64,000 nucleotides of DNA from Balneolales bacterium (GTDB lineage: Bacteria > Bacteroidota > Rhodothermia > Balneolales > HLUCCA01), in the NCBI GenBank assembly GCA_024711145.1, contig JANJTJ010000093.1:4806-68805 (forward strand), written 5' to 3'. How positions within the stretch are numbered: position 1 is the stretch's first letter; each line of letters begins with the position of its first letter. This document shows positions 27,753 to 36,057 of the stretch, in pieces. Under the pieces are notes generated by a model. The model did no database searches and had not been told where the DNA came from. It saw nothing but the letters and a program-made list of their open reading frames with translations. Made by a program: the position numbers and the translations under genes.

Positions 27753-28007
27753 ATGCAGAAAAAACCGCAAGCTCCCCGCAAGAACACCCCGCGTCCGGTA
27801 CGCGAGTGCCTGTTCACGAAATCCGGCTTCACCTACATCGACTACAAGAATGTGGACGTGTTGAAGAAGTTCGTCAACGACCAGGGCAAGATCCTTCCCC
27901 GTCGTGTGACCGGTACCAGCGCCAAATTCCAACGTCAATTGTCCGACGCCATCAAGCGTGCCCGCCATCTGGGCCTGCTGCCGTTCGTTGCCGACAACCT
28001 GCGTTAA
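27753..28007 (+). CDS. rpsR: 30S ribosomal protein S18
   Basis: 84 aa. ...[50 protein letters not shown]. Confidence 0.95.
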   Translation: MQKKPQAPRKNTPRPVRECLFTKSGFTYIDYKNVDVLKKFVNDQGKILPRRVTGTSAKFQRQLSDAIKRARHLGLLPFVADNLR

Positions 28008-28022
28008 TCCCGGAGAACAACC

Positions 28023-28463
28023 ATGAAGATCGTATTGAAACAAGCGGTTGAGAACCTGGGCGAAGCCGGCGACGTGGTCGTCGTCAAAGACGGGTACGGC
28101 CGCAACTACCTCATCCCGCAAGGGTTCGCCGTAGTAGCCACTCCCGGTGCCATCAAAGCCGCCGCCGAGCGTGCCAAACATGCCACCAAGCGCATCAGCG
28201 AGAACGTGGCCGCCGCCCGTGAACTGGCCGCCCAATTGGGTGCCCTGAAGATCGAGATCGCCATGAAAGCCGGCGACGACGGCAAACTGTTCGGTTCCGT
28301 AACCAACGGGTACGTGGCCGATGCCCTGAAGAACCTCGGGTTCGAAATCGACCGCCGCAAGATCGTGGTGGAAGAGATCAAACACCTGGGCGAGCACACC
28401 GCTACCGTCAACCTGTTGGGTGAGGTGAAAGCCTCGCTGACCATCAGCGTCGTGAAAGAATAA
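28023..28463 (+). CDS. rplI: 50S ribosomal protein L9
   Basis: 146 aa. MKIVLKQAVENLGEAGDVVVVKDGYGRNYLIPQGFAV... Confidence 0.95.
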   Translation: MKIVLKQAVENLGEAGDVVVVKDGYGRNYLIPQGFAVVATPGAIKAAAERAKHATKRISENVAAARELAAQLGALKIEIAMKAGDDGKLFGSVTNGYVADALKNLGFEIDRRKIVVEEIKHLGEHTATVNLLGEVKASLTISVVKE

Positions 28464-28492
28464 GGCGCGGCACGATCGTGCTGCTTCCGAAA

Positions 28493-28525
28493 GGAGGTCG
28501 GGGAAACCCGACCTCCTTTTTTTTT
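28493..28525 (+). terminator. Rho-independent terminator after rplI
   Basis: Perfect 10-bp stem GGAGGTCGGG (28493-28502) / CCCGACCTCC (28507-28516) with a GAAA loop, then T9 (28517-28525) followed by GCCC. Confidence 0.9.
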
Positions 28526-28545
28526 GCCCATCGTACCTTCGCCGT

Positions 28546-31500
28546 GTGATCCGCCACCGCCTGTTGCTGTTGTTGTTGCCGGTTTTGCTGGGCGCGCCGC
28601 TGCAGCTGGCCGCGCAACGCGTGTACCGGATCGCCCAAGCGGACACCACCGTGTTCCTGGATTTCCTGGTCGATCCCGCGTCGGTCGAAGTGGCCGGTGC
28701 CGTGGCCTGGCGTTTCGAACCGGGGCCCGGGTTGCTGCATCTCCGGGTGGTGCCACCGGCGGTGGTCCGCATCCAGTACCGGCCTCCTCCGTTTCCGCTG
28801 TTGCCCCGGTTGGGGCCGCCCCCTGCAACCGACACCCTGTCCGGGCTCCCGGTCCTCAACCGTCCCGACCCACCGGCCTTCGCGGACGCCACCCGACTCA
28901 CCCGAAGCGGAAGCCTGACCCGGGGGGTCCGCGTGGGCAGCGGCCGCGACCTGTCCGTCGAATCGGGGCTCCGGTTCCAGGCGGAAGGCCAGCTCACCGA
29001 CGACATCCGCCTGTCCGCATCCCTCACCGACCGGAATCTGCCGGTACAACCCGATGGTACCACCCAAGCCCTGCGCGATTTCGACGAAGTGTACATCCGG
29101 GCGGAGCATCGGGCCGGTCGGTTGCAGATGGGAGATCTGGACATCTCCCTGCCGGAGGGCACCTTCGGCCGGTTCCAGCGCCGGTTGCAAGGCGCCGAAC
29201 TCCGCACCGACACCCGGCACGGGCGCTATCTGGCCGGAGTGGCCATGGTGCGGGGCACGTTCCGTCGGCAAGCCATCACCCTGCAGAACGGTGTTTCGGG
29301 ACCATACCGGTTGACGGGTGCCTCCGGCGAGCCCTTCGTGACCGTACTGGCCGGAACAGAGCGTGTATTCCGCAACGGGGAGCGGTTGGTGCGGGGCGAA
29401 GACCGCGATTACGTGATGGATTACGACCTGGGCGAAATCACCTTCGTGAGTACCCGCCTGTTGCAGCCGGAAGACCGAATCGTGGTAGAATACCAGTTCC
29501 TGGACACCCGATACCCCCGCACCTGGTTGGCGGCCGAGGCGCGTCCCGCGCCGGCGTTCGGCATCCGCTACCTGCGCCAGGCCGACGGTATCCGTGCCGC
29601 GGAGGCCTGGGGCCTGACCGACGCCGAACGCCGGGCCCTGAGCCGGGCCGGAGACGGGCCCGCCACGGTGGACGGCGCGGATTCAACCGGTTTCCGCCCG
29701 GGTACGGGCGAGGTGCGGTATGTCCGCGCCGACACCACCGTGGCGGGCGAAACCTACACCATCTACCGGTTCCGGCCCGGCGACCCCGCCGCCGTCTGGC
29801 GGGTGGCCTTCACGCCCACGGGTGCCGGCGGCGGGGCCTATCGCCTGCGGCCCGATGTGGCCAATGGTGCCGTGTACGAATGGGTGGGGCCGGGCCGCGG
29901 CGACCACGAGCCCCTGCGTGTCCTGGTTGCCCCGCAGGACCATCATCTGCTCACGGGGGATGCCGTGGTGCGCCTGGGCGCCTTCCGGTGGCGCCAGGAG
30001 GCCGCCATCAGCTTACTCGACCTGAACCGGTTCTCACCCCTCGACGATACCGACAATCTGGGCACCGCCTGGGAATCGGCGGTCGTATCCGATACCCTGG
30101 AAACGGCCTTCGGGCGTATCCAGGCCCGGTTCACGCACCGGCATATCGGTGCCGAGGCCCGCTTCTTCGAAGACCCCCGCGATGTGGAACATGCGGTGCG
30201 CTGGGCCTTGCCCGCCGGTTCCACCGGCGACGATTGGCTGAACGAGGGCGCCATCAGCATACTGCCCACATCCCATAGCCGCATCGCCGTATCCGCTGGG
30301 CGCCTGGCCAGAGGAGGAGCCTCCCGCACCCGTATGGAATTGGATGCGGACACCCGGGAGCCCGGCCTGCCGTTCGCGAGCAGCCTTTGGTCCCATACCC
30401 GCGCAGCCGATGCCCAGGCCACCTTCGGCCGTTCGGAGGTCGGCTGGCGCAGGCAAACCGGGGCCTTCGCGCTCACCCCGGGGGTGGGCCTGCGCTTGGA
30501 AGACCGCAGGGATGCCCGGCCCGTGAACGGGCTACCGGACCTCCGATCCGGCTTCATCGAATGGACACCGGGGGTCGCCTGGGAAACCGGACGCATCTGG
30601 GCGGGGCACCTGCAACGCCTCATCAGGTCGGAGCCGCATGCCGGCAGCAAGACCGTCGGTTGGGAGGGTGGCAGCCGCCTGACCACCGACCGCATCCAGC
30701 ATCAATCCCAGATCGGCTGGGCCGCCCGTACCGATTCCTCCGGCATCCGGTCCGAGTCGGTCCGATTCCGATCCGACCTGACCGCCCGTACCCGGGACCG
30801 ATGGATGGAGGTGGGTTGGGTTGCCGGCCTCCGATCCGAAAGCCGGGCGCTTCAGGCCGAAACCTATCTTGATGTGGGTTCCGAGCTGGGGCAGTTCGTC
30901 TGGGAAGACCTGAATAGCGACGGCGTGCAACAGATCGACGAATTCTTCCCCGAACAGAGTCCGGACGAAGGGGTGTACATCCTCCGGTTCCGACCGGTGG
31001 AGGACCGGACGCCCACCCGCCGTGGCGAACACGATTGGCGCTGGGAGTTGGACCCCGGCAGACGATGGCGCGATGCCGCCTGGGCTGCGAACATCCGCTA
31101 CCGGGGTAGGCATGAGCGGGAGCGGGAGGTGCAGGCCGACACCTTGTTGGTGCGTTCGCGCAACCGATGGCTGCACGAATGGGATCTGCTGCGGCGGGTG
31201 CCCGGGTGGGATGTCCGCATCGTGCACGACCGCAGCCGGAGCCGCATCGCCCGGTTCCTGGGCCCGGAGGCGGCCCGCCAACAGGTGTGGACCCTTGCCG
31301 GCAGCTACGCCTTCGAGCGGCGGGTGGCCGTGGGCCTTGACGCTACCCACCGGACCCGGAACGTGACCAGTGCCGACGCGCCCTTCCGCAATTCCGACAT
31401 CGATGCCTGGACGTTGGCGCCCCACCTCCGGTTGTGGTGGAACGCGACCTGGCAAAGCGGGCTGAGGACCACCTTCGGGCGTGGCACCGACCGGGATGGT

Positions 31501-31797
31501 GCGCTGATCCGTGTGGATTCGCGGCGGGTCAGGGCCGACCTGACCCGGTCGGGGCGGGCTTCCAACCTCTTCCTCCAAGTGGAATTCCGGCAGACCGATT
31601 TCCGCGGAACGCCCGACCCCTATGTCGAATTCGAACTGAGCGAAGGGGCCGGAAGGGGAATGACCTGGGCCTGGAGCCTGAGGGGAGACTGGCGGCTGAG
31701 CGAGTTCCTTCGCGCCGATGTGAGTTACGACGCCCGCACCCGCACCGCCGCGGAACCCATCCACATCCTCACCGCCCGCATCATCGCCGTGTTCTGA
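28546..31797 (+). CDS. Large uncharacterised outer-membrane protein (1083 aa), probable beta-barrel
   Basis: GTG start at 28546. Signal peptide MIRHRLLLLLLPVLLGAPLQLAAQ. Long stretches with alternating-residue beta-strand pattern. The C-terminus ...LTARIIAVF ends in Phe. No family assigned with confidence. Confidence 0.6.
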   Translation: MIRHRLLLLLLPVLLGAPLQLAAQRVYRIAQADTTVFLDFLVDPASVEVAGAVAWRFEPGPGLLHLRVVPPAVVRIQYRPPPFPLLPRLGPPPATDTLSGLPVLNRPDPPAFADATRLTRSGSLTRGVRVGSGRDLSVESGLRFQAEGQLTDDIRLSASLTDRNLPVQPDGTTQALRDFDEVYIRAEHRAGRLQMGDLDISLPEGTFGRFQRRLQGAELRTDTRHGRYLAGVAMVRGTFRRQAITLQNGVSGPYRLTGASGEPFVTVLAGTERVFRNGERLVRGEDRDYVMDYDLGEITFVSTRLLQPEDRIVVEYQFLDTRYPRTWLAAEARPAPAFGIRYLRQADGIRAAEAWGLTDAERRALSRAGDGPATVDGADSTGFRPGTGEVRYVRADTTVAGETYTIYRFRPGDPAAVWRVAFTPTGAGGGAYRLRPDVANGAVYEWVGPGRGDHEPLRVLVAPQDHHLLTGDAVVRLGAFRWRQEAAISLLDLNRFSPLDDTDNLGTAWESAVVSDTLETAFGRIQARFTHRHIGAEARFFEDPRDVEHAVRWALPAGSTGDDWLNEGAISILPTSHSRIAVSAGRLARGGASRTRMELDADTREPGLPFASSLWSHTRAADAQATFGRSEVGWRRQTGAFALTPGVGLRLEDRRDARPVNGLPDLRSGFIEWTPGVAWETGRIWAGHLQRLIRSEPHAGSKTVGWEGGSRLTTDRIQHQSQIGWAARTDSSGIRSESVRFRSDLTARTRDRWMEVGWVAGLRSESRALQAETYLDVGSELGQFVWEDLNSDGVQQIDEFFPEQSPDEGVYILRFRPVEDRTPTRRGEHDWRWELDPGRRWRDAAWAANIRYRGRHEREREVQADTLLVRSRNRWLHEWDLLRRVPGWDVRIVHDRSRSRIARFLGPEAARQQVWTLAGSYAFERRVAVGLDATHRTRNVTSADAPFRNSDIDAWTLAPHLRLWWNATWQSGLRTTFGRGTDRDGALIRVDSRRVRADLTRSGRASNLFLQVEFRQTDFRGTPDPYVEFELSEGAGRGMTWAWSLRGDWRLSEFLRADVSYDARTRTAAEPIHILTARIIAVF

Positions 31798-31798
31798 A

Positions 31799-32775
31799 TC
31801 AGCGGATCAGTGTGAGCAACCGGGTGGCCGTGCCGGCCGGAGAATCGATACGGACCAGATAGGTGCCCGAGGCCAACCCCGCCGCGTTGAAACGGATGCG
31901 GTGTTCGCCCGCCGGATAGGCCGAAGCGGTCAGTATGGTGATTTCCCGGCCCGTCTGGTCGAAAACCACCAACCGTACGGGGCCCGCCTCACGCTGGCGC
32001 CACCCGATGGTGGTTTCCGGGTTGAACGGATTCGGATACGCATGCAGCAGTTCGAGACCGGGCGTCTCGTCCCGAACCGGTTGTTCCACCGAGGTGCTGC
32101 GGCGGATAAGCACCTCGCCGAGTTGCCCGAGGGTGAGGAACCGCAGACGGGAGCCGTATTCGGTCTTTACGGAATCCAGAATCTCGGCCGTCCACCGCAT
32201 GGTGATTCCATCCAGGTAACCGGGCCGGTGGATCCGTTGATGCCTATGGTCCGGAACCCTTGGTCGGAGAGCACCTGGTGGGTGACCGCATCCGAGTAAT
32301 GGCCGGGAGGGACGAAGGTGGTCGGACGTACACCCACGCTGTCCCTCAGCAGATTCATGCCCCGGGTGATCAACAGGGACTGTTCCGCATAGGTGAAGTC
32401 GCGGGTGTGGTTTCCCGAAATCGGAAACGCCATTTCGTGGCCGCTGGCGTCATCCAGGTCGCAGATGTGGTCGAATCCGTGCAGCACGATCTCGTGGCCT
32501 CGCCCCACGGTTTCGCGCAATTGCCGGCCCAGTTCGCCGCCGGTGTTCACGGCGGGTTCGGCCAGGCGGGCGGGCATCACCGCCCAGGACACCACGGCAC
32601 CGGCCGCTTCGGCCGTCTCCTGGAAAGGGCCGATTCCGCGGGGCATGTAGGTGGTGCTGGTGGTTCGGGAAGTGATGTCGTCTACCCGGATGACGAACAG
32701 CAGCGAGTCGGTCCGGGCGATGGCGAAGCCGGGAAGGGCGAGCAGGAATGGAATGAGTAAAATGATGCGTGACAT
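31799..32775 (-). pseudogene. Secreted polysaccharide-deacetylase-like (DUF2334-type) protein with T9SS C-terminal domain, split by a frameshift near 32222-32224
   Basis: Upstream frame (32167-32775): signal peptide MSRIILLIPFLLALPGFAIA, then FVIRVDDI and EIVLHGFDH. Downstream frame (31799-32200 and its upstream extension ...RPGYLDGITMRWTAEIL...): ends in AYPNPFNPETTI...TYLVRI, a T9SS CTD. The two frames overlap. One extra nucleotide in the G/C run GGCCCGG (minus strand) would fuse them. Confidence 0.55.
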
Positions 32776-32809
32776 GAGGGCAAGATACCCCTCGGTACCC
32801 ATTCCGCCT

Positions 32810-32838
32810 TTGACATTTCCGCCATTTCCGATTATCAT
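32810..32838 (+). promoter_or_regulatory. Candidate sigma-70-type promoter for the exbB cluster
   Basis: TTGACA (32810-32815), a 17-nt spacer, then TATCAT (32833-32838), about 50 nt upstream of the exbB ATG, which has GGAG 8 nt before it. This is a motif match only. It is unknown whether this lineage uses these hexamers. Confidence 0.3.
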
Positions 32839-32887
32839 CCATGCACTTTTCCTACTGACACCAAACCCACTCGAAATCGGAGTTTCT

Positions 32888-33565
32888 ATGTCTTTGTCCA
32901 TTGGCACCTTGCTGTTGCAGGCCCCGACGGAAGGCTTTTTCAACGTGCTGGTCCTCTACTTCAACCAAGGCGGTGCCTTCATGTGGCCGACGTTGGTCTG
33001 CGTGGTATTGGGGCTTGCCATCTTCCTGGAGCGCGTGATCACCTTGAACCGTGCCGACATCAACACCCGCAAATTCATCCTGCAGGTGAAGGAAGCCCTC
33101 CAGACGGGTGGTGTATCCGCAGCCGAGGAAGTGTGCTCCCGCACGCGTGGTCCGGTAGCATCGGTATTCCAGGCTGGCCTGTTGCGTGCCGATGAGGGCA
33201 TCGAAGCGGCCGAAAAAGCCATCCAGGCTTACGGTTCCATCGAAATGAGCTTCATGGAGCGCGGGTTGGTTTGGTTGTCCCTGTTCATCTCCCTGTCGCC
33301 GATGTTCGGCTTCCTGGGTACGGTAGTAGGGATGGTGGAAGCCTTCGACGCCATCGAGGCCGCAGGCGACATCTCTCCCTCCCTGGTAGCCGGTGGTATC
33401 AAAGTGGCCTTGCTGACGACCGTTGCCGGTCTGTTGGGCGCCATCCTGCTCCAAGTGGGGTACAACTACTGCGTTTCCAAAATCGACCGTCTGGTGGTTG
33501 ACATGGAGGAAAGCTCGATCGTGCTGATCGACTCCATCGCCCAACACGCCACCGAGAAGAAGTAA
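32888..33565 (+). CDS. exbB: MotA/TolQ/ExbB proton-channel family protein
   Basis: Internal start MSLSIGTLLLQ at 32888. ...GGAFMWPTLVCVVLGLAIFLERV... and LSPMFGFLGTVVGMVEAF...GGIKVALLTTVAGL are typical ExbB/TolQ TM2-TM3 motifs. Confidence 0.85.
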   Translation: MSLSIGTLLLQAPTEGFFNVLVLYFNQGGAFMWPTLVCVVLGLAIFLERVITLNRADINTRKFILQVKEALQTGGVSAAEEVCSRTRGPVASVFQAGLLRADEGIEAAEKAIQAYGSIEMSFMERGLVWLSLFISLSPMFGFLGTVVGMVEAFDAIEAAGDISPSLVAGGIKVALLTTVAGLLGAILLQVGYNYCVSKIDRLVVDMEESSIVLIDSIAQHATEKK

Positions 33566-33586
33566 TTCCAAACCGGGGACCATCCC

Positions 33587-33865
33587 ATGCAATTCGACAT
33601 CGTCGGCATCTCATTGCTGATTTTCCTGGCCATGACTGCGATCAGCATCCTGATCGTCGTGGGCTTCGGACTGAAGAACGTCATCGCCGGCAAGTTCCAG
33701 GCTTTCAAGATCGCCATGATCGTGGCTCCCTTCGTCGTGTTCTTCGGTGCCTACGGCGTACTGGGCGATTGGACGGAAGCCGGTGTGGCCACCTTCCTGA
33801 TCCAACTGGCCGTGATGGGCGCCACCCTGGCCCTCATGGGGTTGCGCAACTCCTTCAAGTCCTGA
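33587..33865 (+). CDS. Hypothetical small membrane protein (92 aa, about 3 TM helices)
   Basis: MQFDIVGISLLIFLAMTAISILIVVGFGLKNVIAGKFQAFKIAMIVAPFVVFFGAYGVLGDWTEAGVATFLIQLAVMGATLALMGL. Sits between exbB and exbD on the same strand with short gaps. Confidence 0.5.
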   Translation: MQFDIVGISLLIFLAMTAISILIVVGFGLKNVIAGKFQAFKIAMIVAPFVVFFGAYGVLGDWTEAGVATFLIQLAVMGATLALMGLRNSFKS

Positions 33866-33875
33866 GGCCCCGAAC

Positions 33876-34445
33876 ATGGCCCTTCTGAAAAAGAAAAAGC
33901 CACGTGTGATGCCGGAGATCCCGGCATCCTCGTTGGCCGACATCGCCTTCCTCCTGTTGGTGTTCTTCCTGGTCGTAACGACGATCGACGCCGACTCGGG
34001 TATCGGGTTGGTGTTGCCTCCTCCTCCCGAGGAGAATGTGGAACCGCCAGAAGTCCGTGAGCGCAACATGCTCAAGATCCTGGTGAACGCTTCCGGCATG
34101 ATCCTCATCAACGAGCGTCCCGCTTCCATCCAGGATGTGAAAAATCGGGTGATGGAGTTCGTGGACAACAACGGCGTGGATGAGAACCTGTCCGTGAATC
34201 CGCGGGCCGCCATCGTGTCGATCAAAACCGACCGCCAGACGCCCTACGAGATCTACATCGACATGCTGGACGAGGTGCGCGGTGCGTACAAGCAACTGCG
34301 CGATGCCGTGGCCATGCAGCGGGCCGGTGTACCTTACGACATCTACAAAGGCCGCCAGGAGCGCGCCGGCGAGGAAGACGAGGTCAAGGAGATCTACCCG
34401 ATGAACGTATCCATCGCGGAACCCGACAAGGGTACCGGCAACTGA
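33876..34445 (+). CDS. exbD: ExbD/TolR family biopolymer transport protein
   Basis: MALLKKKKPRVMPEIPASSLADIAFLLLVFFLVVTT..., a single N-terminal TM helix and a periplasmic domain. 189 aa. Confidence 0.85.
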   Translation: MALLKKKKPRVMPEIPASSLADIAFLLLVFFLVVTTIDADSGIGLVLPPPPEENVEPPEVRERNMLKILVNASGMILINERPASIQDVKNRVMEFVDNNGVDENLSVNPRAAIVSIKTDRQTPYEIYIDMLDEVRGAYKQLRDAVAMQRAGVPYDIYKGRQERAGEEDEVKEIYPMNVSIAEPDKGTGN

Positions 34446-34457
34446 GGCAACCGATCC

Positions 34458-34901
34458 ATGGCATTCAACAAGAAGAACGCGAACACGAAGCAGGAGATAC
34501 CGACGACGTCCATGCCGGACATCGTCTTCATCCTCCTGACCTTCTTCATGGTGACGACCGTTCTGCGTACCACCGACCTGCAGATCCGTGTGGATCTGAC
34601 CCGGGCCACCAACATCGAGAAGATCGAGCAGAAACGCCTGATCAGCTACGTGTATGTGGGTCCCGAGAAGTTGGAAGGCAACCAGATCGGCGATACGAAA
34701 GTGCAGATCGACGACGTGTTGATCGACAACATGACCTTCATCCGTCGCATCATGTACGACAAGCTGGTCGAACAACCCAAACTCATCGTATCGCTGCGGG
34801 TCGACCGCGAGTCGGAGATGGGTGCGGTAACCGATGTGCAGCAGGAACTCCGCCAAGCCGGCACCCTGCAGATCAACTACTCGACCCGCCGTCAGCAATA
34901 A
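34458..34901 (+). CDS. exbD: ExbD/TolR family biopolymer transport protein (second paralogue)
   Basis: ...IPTTSMPDIVFILLTFFMVTTV... 147 aa. Confidence 0.85.
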   Translation: MAFNKKNANTKQEIPTTSMPDIVFILLTFFMVTTVLRTTDLQIRVDLTRATNIEKIEQKRLISYVYVGPEKLEGNQIGDTKVQIDDVLIDNMTFIRRIMYDKLVEQPKLIVSLRVDRESEMGAVTDVQQELRQAGTLQINYSTRRQQ

Positions 34902-34925
34902 GACCACCCTTAGTGGACAAGAAAA

Positions 34926-34956
34926 GGCCGCACGCTTTCCGTGTGTGCCTTTTTTT
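34926..34956 (+). terminator. Probable rho-independent terminator after the exbD pair
   Basis: Imperfect hairpin GGC(C)GCACGC-TTTCC-GTGTGTGCC (one bulge, two G-U pairs) followed by T7. Confidence 0.55.
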
Positions 34957-34970
34957 GTTTGAAACCACCC

Positions 34971-36005
34971 ATGTCCGACACGCCCTTCACGCCCATCGCC
35001 ACCTTAGGCCGCGACGCGCTCATCCGCCGCATCGCCGCCCGGTTCTCCACGCCCGACGAACGCGTACCCTTGGGGATCGGTGACGATGCCGCCGCCGTGG
35101 TTCCGGCCGCCGGGCAGCTTACCCTCGTCAGCACGGAAACGCTGATCGAGGGGGTCGATTTCGACCTCACCTTCATACCCCTGCACCATCTGGGGTACAA
35201 GGCGGTTACCGCCGGCGTGAGCGACATCCAGGCCAAGCTGGGCTCACCCCGGTTCATCACCATCGGGTTGTCGGTGCCCAACCGCATCAGTGTGGAACTC
35301 CTGGACGCCTTCTACGACGGGGTTGAAGCGGCCTGCCGCGATTACGGCCTCACTTTGATCGGTGGCGACATCACGGCAGCCCAGGGCGCCTTCGGAGTGC
35401 ATGTCACGGTGCTGGGCGAGGTGGATCCGGCCCGCATGGTGCGGCGTTCCGGCGCCCGCCCCGGCGATGCCTTGCTCGTTACCGGCGACCTCGGTGCCGC
35501 CTATGCCGGCCTGAAGGTGCTGCTTCGGGAAAAGAAATTCTGGGAAGACCGCGGAGACGATGCCGTGCAGCCCGATCTGTCGGCCTATGAAACCGTGATG
35601 CGCCGACAACTCATGCCCACCACACCGGGCGATTTCCTGCGTTTGGTGGACGAACTCGGTGTTCGGCCCACCTCCATGATCGACATCAGCAAACACCTGC
35701 TGCGCGAACTGGCCCAACTCACCGAAGCATCGGGCACCGGGGCACTCCTCTATGCGGCCGCCATTCCCATAGCCCTCGAAACCCGGGCCGTAGCCGACGA
35801 ATTCGAAGACGACGTGGACCAATACGCCCTTCAGGGTGGGGAAGACTTCCAGTTCCTGTTCACCATGGCCGAATCGGACGTCAACCGCCTCATGAAAGCC
35901 CACGCCGATTGCGCCGTCATCGGCAAGATCGTACCCCGTTCCGAGGGGTTGCGCATGCAGACGGCCGAAGGCGAAGTATTGGAACTCGATACCGCGAACG
36001 GGTAA
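34971..36005 (+). CDS. thiL: Thiamine-monophosphate kinase
   Basis: Start MSDTPFTPIATLGRDALI at 34971. GIGDDAAAV, LIEGVDFD, GYKAVTAGVSDI, LIGGDIT and GDLGAAYAGL are AIR-synthase-related ThiL signatures. Confidence 0.9.
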   Translation: MSDTPFTPIATLGRDALIRRIAARFSTPDERVPLGIGDDAAAVVPAAGQLTLVSTETLIEGVDFDLTFIPLHHLGYKAVTAGVSDIQAKLGSPRFITIGLSVPNRISVELLDAFYDGVEAACRDYGLTLIGGDITAAQGAFGVHVTVLGEVDPARMVRRSGARPGDALLVTGDLGAAYAGLKVLLREKKFWEDRGDDAVQPDLSAYETVMRRQLMPTTPGDFLRLVDELGVRPTSMIDISKHLLRELAQLTEASGTGALLYAAAIPIALETRAVADEFEDDVDQYALQGGEDFQFLFTMAESDVNRLMKAHADCAVIGKIVPRSEGLRMQTAEGEVLELDTANG

Positions 36006-36057
36006 GGCCGTTCCGTACGTTCCCCTTAGATCATCAGAAAAATCCGAACCGTTCCCC

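Noticed and set aside
28524-30278. 584-aa plus-strand ORF overlapping the large OM protein gene in another frame, and the minus-strand ORFs 27606-29213 and 28444-29271
   Set aside because: These are Pro/Arg/Gly-rich translations with no domain signal. The frame starting at 28546 has a signal peptide, beta-strand periodicity and a terminal Phe.
31799-32200. Stand-alone 133-aa gene consisting only of a T9SS C-terminal domain
   Set aside because: It has no signal peptide and no cargo domain. Its frame is open upstream of the Met and joins the deacetylase-like ORF after a 1-nt correction, so I treat it as part of a frameshifted gene.
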